DNA of 64,000 nt, taken from positions 5,024,001-5,088,000 of the forward strand of contig CBDCXR010000004.1 in assembly GCA_965223845.1 (NCBI GenBank), written 5' to 3'. Both the position numbers and the translations under genes were made by a program. Shown one piece after another: positions 9,477 to 18,067 of the stretch. Within the stretch, counting starts at the first letter, position 1. The number at the start of each line of letters is the position of its first letter. The DNA comes from Planctomycetota bacterium. Lineage in GTDB: Bacteria > Planctomycetota > UBA8108 > SXIK01. The notes under the pieces were generated by a model, which ran no database searches, had not been told where the DNA came from, and worked only from the letters and a program-made list of their open reading frames with translations.

Positions 9477-10080
9477 AAGGGGGCTTTCGCGAAGCCCCCT
9501 CGCCGACGCGGCGGAGCCGCGACGGCTTCACCCCGACGAGCTCGCCTTCGGCTCGGCGCTCAAGCTACGCGTGGTCTGCTTCGTTTGCCCAACGCGTGTG
9601 GCTATGGCCGTACTAAGGGCTTTCGCGAAGCCCCCGCGCCGACGCGGCGGAGCCGCGACGGCTTCACCCCGACGAGCTCGCCTTCGGCTCGGCGCTCAAG
9701 CTACGCGTGGTCTGCTTCGTTTGCCCAACGCGTGTGGCTATGGCCGTACTAAGGGCTTTCGCGAAGCCCCCGCGCCGACGCGGCGGAGCCGCGACGGCTT
9801 CACCCCAACGAGCTCGCCTTCGGCTCGGCGCTCAAGCTACGCGTGGTCTACTTCGTTTGCCCAACGCGTGTGGCTATGGCCGTACTAAGGGCTTTCGCGA
9901 AGCCCCCGCGCCGACGCGGCGGAGCCGCGACGGCTTCACCCCGACGAGCTCGCCTTCGGCTCGGCGCTCAAGCTACGCGTGGTCTGCTTCGTTTGCCCAA
10001 CGCGTGTGGCTATGGCTGTTCCAAGGGCTTTTGCGAAGCCCCCTCGCCGACGAGCTCGCCTTCGGCTCGGCGCCGAAGCA
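9477..10080. repeat. Tandem array of a 136-bp palindrome-rich unit (4 full copies plus 1 internally deleted copy)
   Basis: GGGCTTT(C/T)GCGAAGCCC recurs at 9481, 9617, 9753, 9889 and 10025 (period exactly 136). Copies are nearly identical, have no unique spacers, and lie between convergent genes. Confidence 0.95.
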
Positions 10081-10194
10081 CGCTGTGATCTCGTTCGCGC
10101 GTCTCACGTCGCTCGACGATCTGGCCGACCACGTCTAGCGTATGCCGGGCGACCGATCGGCCGATCTCTCGAGGTCCGCGGGGACCGTCGCGGG

Positions 10195-11193
10195 TCAGGG
10201 CGCGAGGATTCGGTCCCACTGGAAAGCCGGGCCCGGATCGACCTTTCGCGTTGTGACGTGCCAGTGCGCGACGACCCCCTCGAAAGCGTGGAGCTCCTCG
10301 TCCGTCGGGAACGCGTCCGGACGAATCTGCCCCGACGCGTCGCGCGGGGCATCGAGCCGGATCCGCGGGAAGATCTCAGCGAGCGTCCGGACGAGACGTT
10401 CGAGCGCGACGTACTGCGCTTCGGTGAAGTCGTACTGAACGAGCTCGCGACCGTTGATCCGGCCGGACTGAAGCTCCGCGCGCACCGGGCGGGCGACGAA
10501 ACCGTCGGGAAGCCCGGTCTCTCCGTAGGAATCGGGGAAAGTCGCGCGGAGTCCTTCGCCGTCGGGATCGCCGTACCAGACCTCGAGATCGGCCGGGTCT
10601 TCGACGGCCCCGATATTTGCGATCTCGATTCCGATCGAACGATCGTTCGCCGCGGCGGCGTGCCAAGCGCGCTCCTTGACGTCGAGCGTCTGATAGATCG
10701 TCCCGTCGAGATCGAGAAGAAAATGACACGAGAGCCCACGGATATCGTGGAGAACTTCGAAGCATCTTCGCGACGTGCCGCACGCGTCGAAATGAATGAC
10801 GATCTGGGACACGACCGAGGCGAGGTCGTCCACCGTCCACCCATGCTCGCGGGCGCGCGTCGCAATCGACTCGGGAGTGTGACGGCGAAACGAGCCGTAG
10901 CGGGCCGTACGCTCGGGTGCGGCGGACGGAGCCGCCTCGGCCGGGTCGAAGTGGCGGTGGACGCGGTAAGCATCGTAGCCGCGCGGGTCGTTCCAAAGGA
11001 CGACCTTCGTCCCGGTGTGGTAGAGCTGACCGCAGACGGAGATCTCGTCGCCTCTTCGCGGGAGTCGGTCTCCCGGACGCGGGGCGCTACAGGCTGCACT
11101 CGACAAGACGAGCACGACGGCGAACAGGGAGCCGTACGCCTCTCTGGCGGTCGTGCGTCGAGTCACGCGGGAACATAGTAAACGGTGCTTCAT
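10195..11193 (-). CDS. N-acetylmuramoyl-L-alanine amidase (Amidase_2, AmiD-like lipoprotein)
   Basis: IVIHFD, SCHFLLDLDG, AWHA, SIGIEI and VAHWHV...KVDPG Zn-amidase motifs; lipobox LSSAAC. Start uncertain. Confidence 0.85.
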   Translation of the reverse strand: MKHRLLCSRVTRRTTAREAYGSLFAVVLVLSSAACSAPRPGDRLPRRGDEISVCGQLYHTGTKVVLWNDPRGYDAYRVHRHFDPAEAAPSAAPERTARYGSFRRHTPESIATRAREHGWTVDDLASVVSQIVIHFDACGTSRRCFEVLHDIRGLSCHFLLDLDGTIYQTLDVKERAWHAAAANDRSIGIEIANIGAVEDPADLEVWYGDPDGEGLRATFPDSYGETGLPDGFVARPVRAELQSGRINGRELVQYDFTEAQYVALERLVRTLAEIFPRIRLDAPRDASGQIRPDAFPTDEELHAFEGVVAHWHVTTRKVDPGPAFQWDRILAP

Positions 11194-11392
11194 GGTGGCC
11201 GGTCTCGAGGAGTGGGCTGCATGGCCGCCGACGGAGTCATCTTCAGCGCCGTCGCGGCGCTCCAACTTAGCCCGCCTCTCTGGCCGGATTCTCGGGAAAA
11301 ACCTCTTGGGCATCTCCACTTCCGGGGCACAGCATCGAGGAGACGCCTTCGCTCCTTCCTCCAAACGGACGATTCGCCTCACGGAGTCCTCC

Positions 11393-12262
11393 ATGAAGTT
11401 CAACCGATTTCGACCAGTCGCCGGCGCGAAACTGATCGCTGCGGCCGCGGTCGTCGGGCTCGCGGTCGAGCTCGACGCGGACGACGACCATTTTCCGCTC
11501 GTCGAGGGAGCGCGCTGGAGCTACGTCGCGACAAAGCCGTTCGAGCAGCGTTTCGAGCTCGTCCTCGATCGTTTCGACGGCGAAGCCGGCACTCTCTTCT
11601 TTCAGGGTCCGACCGAGAACGGGGAGGAGCCTGTGTGGCGACAGGAGGTCCCAATCGTGGAGCTCGCCGAAGACGAGATCGACGTCATCGTCGAAGGGAC
11701 GCAGGCTCCGTACTACCGCTTCAAGGAAGACGTGTGGCGCCACGGCGACGTCGACCTGTGCATGAACAACACTTCGGCCGAGGTGATCGATCGCAACGTG
11801 ACCGTCGAGACTCCGGCGGGGATTTTTGACGAGTGCCTCCAGCTCCGGTTTTCCGGCGCGGCCTGTGCCGACGCCGGGACGATCGCTGAATACTGGTGTC
11901 GCGATGTCGGACTCGTCCGGCGGGACACCGTGACTATCGCGGGAGTCTCGGTCTACCTCCTCGAATCGTTCGACTTCGAACCGGGTGAGACGCGATTTCG
12001 GCGAGGCGACTTTGACGCCGACGGCCAGATCGTGATTTCCGACGCGATCGCGGTCCTCAATTGGCTCTTCGCCAGCGCCGAAAAGCCGGAGTGCGAGCGC
12101 GCCACGGATATGAATGCCGACGGCAGCGTGAACGTCGCCGATCCGATTTATCTTCTTCAGTTCCTCTTCGGGGACGGCGCGCCGCCGCCCCCTCCGTACG
12201 AGGACTGCGGCACCGACTCGAGCCCGGCCGAAGTGGGCTGCGTCGCCTTCGCGGGCTGTTGA
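11393..12262 (+). CDS. Secreted protein with a C-terminal dockerin-like domain
   Basis: ATG 11393 after GGAG; signal peptide; VTVETPAGIFDEC...EYWCRDVGLVR beta-hairpin motif; tail FRRGDFDADGQIVISDAI...DMNADGSVNVADPIYLLQFLF (paired EF-hand-like loops). Confidence 0.85.
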   Translation: MKFNRFRPVAGAKLIAAAAVVGLAVELDADDDHFPLVEGARWSYVATKPFEQRFELVLDRFDGEAGTLFFQGPTENGEEPVWRQEVPIVELAEDEIDVIVEGTQAPYYRFKEDVWRHGDVDLCMNNTSAEVIDRNVTVETPAGIFDECLQLRFSGAACADAGTIAEYWCRDVGLVRRDTVTIAGVSVYLLESFDFEPGETRFRRGDFDADGQIVISDAIAVLNWLFASAEKPECERATDMNADGSVNVADPIYLLQFLFGDGAPPPPPYEDCGTDSSPAEVGCVAFAGC

Positions 12263-12364
12263 CCCGAAGGACGGCTTCGCGCGTAATAGACGGAGTCCCT
12301 CGGGCGTTCCCTCGACACGTCGCCCGGGGTTCGAACCGCCTCAAGGGATGAGCTTCACCGCGCG

Positions 12365-12856
12365 ATGGAAAACTCTGCCGACACTGAGCCGAACTCCGAT
12401 TCGATCGTCGCCGCCGTCCGCGAAGCGTGCGAGCGGGGCGACTCGATGGACGCGTGTCTCGATCTGATTCTCTCGGGATTCGATTGTTCCGTGGGCACCG
12501 TCCATCGATTCGACTCGGACTCGCAGCATCTCGAGATCTTGAGCCAGCGCGGCGTGCCGCCGGCGCTCCTCGAAAAAGTCAGTCGCATTCCGATCGGAAA
12601 GGGGATGGCCGGTCTCGCGGCCGAGCGGCGGGAACCGGTCCAGGTGTGCAATCTCCAAACGGACGAGAGCGGCGTCGCTAAGCCAGGCGCGAAGGAGACG
12701 CGCATGGAGGGATGCATCTCGGTACCGATGCTGGTCGGCAGCGCGCTCGCGGGAACGCTCGGAATCGCGAAACCCGTCGAGTACGAGTTTTCACCGGAGG
12801 AGACGGAGCGCCTCGCCGCCGTCGCCTCGGTCCTCGGTGCACACGTCGGCGACTGA
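12365..12856 (+). CDS. Stand-alone GAF domain protein
   Basis: IPIGKGMAGLAAERREPV and CISVPMLVGSALAGTLGI...EFSPEE GAF pattern. Confidence 0.85.
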   Translation: MENSADTEPNSDSIVAAVREACERGDSMDACLDLILSGFDCSVGTVHRFDSDSQHLEILSQRGVPPALLEKVSRIPIGKGMAGLAAERREPVQVCNLQTDESGVAKPGAKETRMEGCISVPMLVGSALAGTLGIAKPVEYEFSPEETERLAAVASVLGAHVGD

Positions 12857-12883
12857 GCTCTCGAGCCCGCCGACGCGCCCGCC

Positions 12884-13666
12884 ATGCAGTACCGCGAGAT
12901 CGACTGGTACGACGTTCCCCGCTACTACGACCTCATCTTCTCGGAGGGAACGGAAGAGGAGGCCGACTTCCTGGAGGCGATGCACCGTCTTTACGGCCGA
13001 AGCTCGGGCAAGCGGATGCTCGAGCCCGGCTGCGGCAGCGGGCGGCTCGTCGCGGAGATGGCGCGGCGAGGCTATACGGTGACGGGACTCGACCTGAGTG
13101 AGCCGATGCTCGACTTCGCCCGTACGCGGCTCGAGCGGGACAAGCTCTCGGCCGTTCTCCGGCGCGGCGACATGGCGAAGTTTCGCATCCGTGGGAAGTG
13201 CGATATCGCTCACTGCCTCGTCAGCACCTTCAAGTACCTCCTCGACGAAGAGAGCGCGCGCTCACACCTCGAATCCGTTCGCGACGCCCTCCGCGAAGGC
13301 GGCATCTACATTCTCGGCTTCCACTTGAGCGACTACGACAGCCGCTCGCGCGTTCGGGAACGCTGGACGGCGAACCAGGATGGACTCGACGTGCGCTGCA
13401 ACATCCAGGCTTGGCCGCCCGATCGGAAGACGCGCATCGAGCGCGTGCGCTCGCGCCTCGTCGTGGAGGAGCGCGGAAAAACGATGCGCTCGGAGACTCA
13501 CTGGGACTTTCGCACCTACGACGCGCGCCAAGTACGGGAGCTCCTCGCGTCGGTTTCCGGCCTCAAGCACATCGCGACCTACGACATGACCTACGAGCTC
13601 GGACGCAAGCGACGCTTCGACGACGAACAGCTCGACAACGTCCTCGTTCTCCGCCGGACGTCGTGA
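12884..13666 (+). CDS. Class I SAM-dependent methyltransferase
   Basis: MLEPGCGSGRL motif I, VTGLDLSEPML and GDM. Confidence 0.92.
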   Translation: MQYREIDWYDVPRYYDLIFSEGTEEEADFLEAMHRLYGRSSGKRMLEPGCGSGRLVAEMARRGYTVTGLDLSEPMLDFARTRLERDKLSAVLRRGDMAKFRIRGKCDIAHCLVSTFKYLLDEESARSHLESVRDALREGGIYILGFHLSDYDSRSRVRERWTANQDGLDVRCNIQAWPPDRKTRIERVRSRLVVEERGKTMRSETHWDFRTYDARQVRELLASVSGLKHIATYDMTYELGRKRRFDDEQLDNVLVLRRTS

Positions 13667-13675
13667 ATCCGCGGC

Positions 13676-16600
13676 TCAACGCGAAAGCGATGGTACGTGT
13701 TGCGAACGTACCGCCCCGGTCTCCGTCTCGCCGTACTCCCCGAGCGACCAAACGAGATCGCGGTAGTTCTGAACATCGAGCACGGTCAGCGTCTGGATGG
13801 CTCGCACCGTGACGATCTTGCGCGTCCAGTTGTCGTAGTCGCGCGCGACGCGGCGCATCTCACCGAGGACGACGTCGGTGTGCTCCGCTCCGCACCGTGC
13901 TTCTTCGAGAGTCATCGCCACCGCGCGTTCGATCGCTCGTCCCGCTCCCAAGAAACGCCGGAGAAACTTCCGTCGCATCTTTCCGGGGAGGTCCTTCGCG
14001 AGGACGCCGTGGTCCATCGCTTCACGAAAGAGCCGGCGACGGCGGCGGTTCCGAGGCAGGAACCAGAGGAAACCACCGAACACGAAGATCTCGAGTCGGG
14101 CTCCCCACGACTCGCGCTCCGTCGATGCGCGAGCGAAGAATTCGCGCGTCCGCTCCGGAGCGGTAATTCGGGAGCGCAGGCGACCGTGGTCGTTCACGTA
14201 GGCGGTCGCGAGCGCGCGGAGCACTTCGCCACCGTGCTCGGCGAACCCGCTCGACTCTCCGAGGGCGGAGAAGAGACCCGCCGCGCCGTTCTCGAGCCAG
14301 CCGTGACGGGCAAGGTAGAACCGGAACCGGCGGAGATCCTGCTCGACCTCGGCCCGAAACGCCTCGAGCGGACTGCGCTCGGTCTCGAAAGCGCCGATGA
14401 AGTTGAGGTCGTCGCGGTACGAGTGCGTCGAATCGGCGTCGCTCGCCGCGCGTGCGCGTTCGACCCCGGGAATTCGAAGGTCGAGATAGGCGATGTCGAT
14501 CGCCATGCGAAGCTCGAGCAGCTCCATGAAAATCGGCTTCCGCATTCGATTGATCTTGCGGACCGCGACATCGAAATTCGCGACGCGCGACAGCTGACTC
14601 CGCAGGAGACTCGTCCCGCCGATGACCTCACGGACGAGCTGGGCGACCTGTCGAACCGCACCGACGACGAGCTTTCCCGCCGCGAGGACCGCGACGAGTG
14701 GCAAAAAGATGAATCTCGCCCCGCCGAAATAGCGGTGGTAGATCCGGTACGGGTTGAAGACGCGCTGGTGGCGCGGCAGTTGGTGGTAGGGTCGGGTGCC
14801 GAAGACGTCGCGAATCACTCCGCGTCGGTCGCGCCGGAGGGCTTCGAACACGTCATCGCCGAAGCGTCGACGAACCTCGGCGTCGCGCACGGGGTCGACG
14901 GTCAGGAAGTGAAGCGCGTGGAACTCGTCCGTCAGGAGGGTCTGGGCTCGAGTTCCTTCGCGCCGCGCGGTGCGCCGCTCATACGCGCCCTCGTCGCCCA
15001 GCTCGCGCGCGCGTAGAAAACTCTGAAGGCGATCGTTTTCCTCCGGCGTTGCGAGCGCGCGCTTTTCGAGCGGTAGGCAGGTCCGGTTGTACTCCGTGAC
15101 GAGCTTCGCCGTTTCGATCGAGAGACTCTCCGTGATGAAGCGGAACCAGAAGTAGGGCCCGAGGGTGAGGAGGCTGTTCTTTTCGAGATTGAGCTTCTCG
15201 AGCCGCCTCCGCGCCCGTCGCGAGAGAGACAGCGTGTGGGTGCGGATGTCGTCGAGAACAAGATTTCCGAGGAGCTGCACGGACGTTCCGCCGTCGCTCC
15301 GATGGAGAATCGGGCCGTCGAGAAACGACGCGTAGTGAAGCTGGATCGCGTCACGATCCCCCGCGAACGGCAGCCACGCGTCCGTCTCGAGAGTTCCCGT
15401 CTCGTCGGCGAGGAATTCGACCCACGCGCTCCGCTTCGAGCTCGGCGGCGGCCGGACTTCGAACTCCGGCGCGATGACGGATTGGAAGAGGCGGTCGAGG
15501 TCTTCGCTCCGCCGCCGACGCTTCCACTCTTTCGTGAGCGTGTAAAAGTGCGCATCGGCGGTCCGGAGATGAACATCGAGGGCCTCCCCGGCGATTTTCT
15601 TCAGCCAAAGCCCGATGACGAACACGACGAGACAGATCGATCCGAGGACGAGAATCGGGACGCCGAGGATCTCGAAGAGTCGATTGGACACGCTCGAGAG
15701 CATGCCGCCGAAGCCCTCACTCGTCGCTCCGAAGAGGTGCGCGAGCCCGCGAAAGAGGAAGAAGAGACCGCCGAGAAGAAGAAGTCGAATCGCGGGCCGC
15801 TTCGACGCGAGGATCATCGCGCTCGCGATGCGATCGAGGATCTGAGGACCGGTGGTGATTCCGGAGACGTCTCCCCAGAATCGAAGTGCACCGAGAAAAT
15901 CCTCGAGGACACGGCCGATGGCGCGGATCGCGGTGGCGACGGCCTCCCCGGGATCTTCGAGGCGAGCGGCGGGCGCGATGCGCCGAACGAGAGGGGCTCG
16001 CCGAAAGACCGGAACGTCGAGGAACCGAAGCCAGCGCGCGACGCGCTGCGCACCTTCGCGTCCGAGATGCGTCATGGAACGCGTGACGTCGCAATCGAGG
16101 CAGCGGACGATGACTTCGTCGAGCCGAATCTCGTCCGCGCCGCCGAGCACGCTCCGGCGGTAGGGAACGCCGAGCTCAACGAGAACATCGGCCTCGAGCC
16201 CGAGGAGCTCGGCATGCCGGCGGAGGAGCTCGGCGCGCTCGGACCACTCGACGTCGCGATAGACCAGCCGGAACGCACGTCGATGCCTCTCGGCGAGCTG
16301 GCTCAACTGATTCTCGACGGCCGAATCGGGCGCGTCGTCGACTCCGCGAAGGTCGAAGAGCACGACGTCGCGATCGAGAACGCCGCGAAAACGTTCGACC
16401 GTACGGTCGGCGCCCCGCACGAAGAACGCCAGCACCCGAAGACTTCGAAAGAGCGCCGGAAGCCGGAGGAAGCGCTGGAACTGAAACAAGCGAACTACGA
16501 TGACGCTGCTCAGCGCCGGCATGAGAAGGCCGTAGGGAAGCGCCGGCAGACTTTCGAGGAAGAAATGACGGCGGAAGTACCAACCGCGCCAGCGCGCGTG

Positions 16601-17941
16601 ATGCCAGCGGACGAAGAAGTCGACTTGGAAACCGACGCAGAGGATCAAGTCCGCGAGATGGAGCCAGAGGATCAGCGGATGACGCTCTTCTGAGCCACCG
16701 CCCGCGCCGAGCCCACCGGGCGAGGAGTCGGCGCTGTTCGCGCCGCTGCCCGATGCCCCTCCGGCTCCGGTCGAGCCCAGCCACCACTCGAGCGCGGCGA
16801 TGCCGAGAAACGCGAAGATCATCCAGAGCACGACCATCTCGGCCCAGCGGACGCCGCGCGCTCCGAACGTCGCCCGGAGACGCCGATAGACCGTCTCCTC
16901 GCGTTCGGCGTTTCGCGTCCGTTTCCGGATCCGTTCGAGCCGGCGGAGCTTCCTTTTGAGGTCGCGCGCTTCGACGCGCGGCAGCGCTCCCTTTCTCAGA
17001 AGCGCCTTCTGGTCGTCCTGAACGACTTTGAAAAAGAAATCGATGCGATCTCGCAACGCGCGGAGGGACGGAATCTTGCGGCACTCATCCGCACCGGCGA
17101 CATCGGTCAGAATCGCGCTCGCGTAGTCGATGAGATCGCTCGCTGCGCGGTCGCAAAACTGCGCTTTTTCGGTCGGCGTCGATTCTCCGAACGCTTTCGC
17201 ACAGCGGTCGACAAATTCGGCGCGCTGCGTCTTGAGCGCGCGAACGCCCTTCTCACCCAATTCGAGCTTCGCTTCGAGACTCGATGGCTCGGAGGCAGCC
17301 GACGGTGTCGCGGAAGAGTAGCCGCGCGCCGCCGCCTCGATCTCCACCTGGTACGACTCCCCCGCCGCGAACCAAAGATGAAGCGCCTCTTCGAACGACG
17401 ACCGGCCAGCCGGAACGTCGCTCTCATCGAGAAACCGCACGAGCTTCTTGTGAAGGAGCCGCCGGCGGACGCCCTCGGCGGTTTCGTCGACGACGCGGGC
17501 GCCGAGTTCGAGCGCGGGGTCCCAGCGTGCGACCCCTTTCGCCTCCGATTCGACCCAGTCGAGCTCACTCTCGACGAACGACACGGGATCGGCCGAAAGC
17601 TCGCCCGAGGCACTCTCGCCGAGCCAACGAAGCCAGCGCACCTCTGCGCCGAGATCGAGAGCGGCGTCGAGTGCCGCCGCGGGATCGCTCTCGGCTCCGT
17701 CCTCGAAAGAACGGACGCGCTCGGCGACTTCAGCGGCGCGCTCGGAGATCCTCTCCTGCACCTCGTCGGCACGCAGCTCGCCGTAGGCGGCGATTTCCCC
17801 GCGCCGCACTTCGCGGAGATCCGCGACGAGCTCGGAGGGGATGGATCGCCCATCGCGGACGTGGGCGTGCGCTGCGGTGGAGATCCTCCAAGCGGAGCGG
17901 GGGGAGTCGGAGTCGAGAGGCGCCATCGCGGGACGGATCAA
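13676..17941 (-). CDS. Large membrane protein with an ion-transport/voltage-sensor-like S1-S4 domain
   Basis: 1421-aa ORF. S2 LADLILCVGFQVDFFVRW, S3 WYFRRHFFLESLPALPY and S4 RLFQFQRFLRLPALFRSLR; further TM helices downstream. Start uncertain (17941 or the ATG near 17926). Confidence 0.8.
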   Translation of the reverse strand: MIRPAMAPLDSDSPRSAWRISTAAHAHVRDGRSIPSELVADLREVRRGEIAAYGELRADEVQERISERAAEVAERVRSFEDGAESDPAAALDAALDLGAEVRWLRWLGESASGELSADPVSFVESELDWVESEAKGVARWDPALELGARVVDETAEGVRRRLLHKKLVRFLDESDVPAGRSSFEEALHLWFAAGESYQVEIEAAARGYSSATPSAASEPSSLEAKLELGEKGVRALKTQRAEFVDRCAKAFGESTPTEKAQFCDRAASDLIDYASAILTDVAGADECRKIPSLRALRDRIDFFFKVVQDDQKALLRKGALPRVEARDLKRKLRRLERIRKRTRNAEREETVYRRLRATFGARGVRWAEMVVLWMIFAFLGIAALEWWLGSTGAGGASGSGANSADSSPGGLGAGGGSEERHPLILWLHLADLILCVGFQVDFFVRWHHARWRGWYFRRHFFLESLPALPYGLLMPALSSVIVVRLFQFQRFLRLPALFRSLRVLAFFVRGADRTVERFRGVLDRDVVLFDLRGVDDAPDSAVENQLSQLAERHRRAFRLVYRDVEWSERAELLRRHAELLGLEADVLVELGVPYRRSVLGGADEIRLDEVIVRCLDCDVTRSMTHLGREGAQRVARWLRFLDVPVFRRAPLVRRIAPAARLEDPGEAVATAIRAIGRVLEDFLGALRFWGDVSGITTGPQILDRIASAMILASKRPAIRLLLLGGLFFLFRGLAHLFGATSEGFGGMLSSVSNRLFEILGVPILVLGSICLVVFVIGLWLKKIAGEALDVHLRTADAHFYTLTKEWKRRRRSEDLDRLFQSVIAPEFEVRPPPSSKRSAWVEFLADETGTLETDAWLPFAGDRDAIQLHYASFLDGPILHRSDGGTSVQLLGNLVLDDIRTHTLSLSRRARRRLEKLNLEKNSLLTLGPYFWFRFITESLSIETAKLVTEYNRTCLPLEKRALATPEENDRLQSFLRARELGDEGAYERRTARREGTRAQTLLTDEFHALHFLTVDPVRDAEVRRRFGDDVFEALRRDRRGVIRDVFGTRPYHQLPRHQRVFNPYRIYHRYFGGARFIFLPLVAVLAAGKLVVGAVRQVAQLVREVIGGTSLLRSQLSRVANFDVAVRKINRMRKPIFMELLELRMAIDIAYLDLRIPGVERARAASDADSTHSYRDDLNFIGAFETERSPLEAFRAEVEQDLRRFRFYLARHGWLENGAAGLFSALGESSGFAEHGGEVLRALATAYVNDHGRLRSRITAPERTREFFARASTERESWGARLEIFVFGGFLWFLPRNRRRRRLFREAMDHGVLAKDLPGKMRRKFLRRFLGAGRAIERAVAMTLEEARCGAEHTDVVLGEMRRVARDYDNWTRKIVTVRAIQTLTVLDVQNYRDLVWSLGEYGETETGAVRSQHVPSLSR

Positions 17942-18067
17942 GTACGAAAAAACACGGGCGACCGGCCGCTCGAGGCGCGAGCTCGCGGACGATCTCGTAG
18001 CGAGCGAGGACGGAGACTACAATGCTCCGGGAAGTCACCGGCGAAGTCACGAGAAGAAGCGAGCAAG

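Noticed and set aside
9477-10080. CRISPR array, or repeat-protein ORFs (9369.., 9571.., 9707.., 9843..)
   Set aside because: The whole 136-bp unit repeats with no unique spacers and there are no cas genes. The period is not divisible by 3, so the ORFs are frame-shifting artefacts.
12365-12856. Free methionine-R-sulfoxide reductase (msrC)
   Set aside because: The catalytic G-x-G-V-C-G motif reads GKGMAG (no Cys), so it is kept as a generic GAF protein.
17378-18067. N-terminal extension of the M20 peptidase
   Set aside because: It overlaps the opposite-strand 1421-aa gene; M20 similarity starts at ATG 18068.
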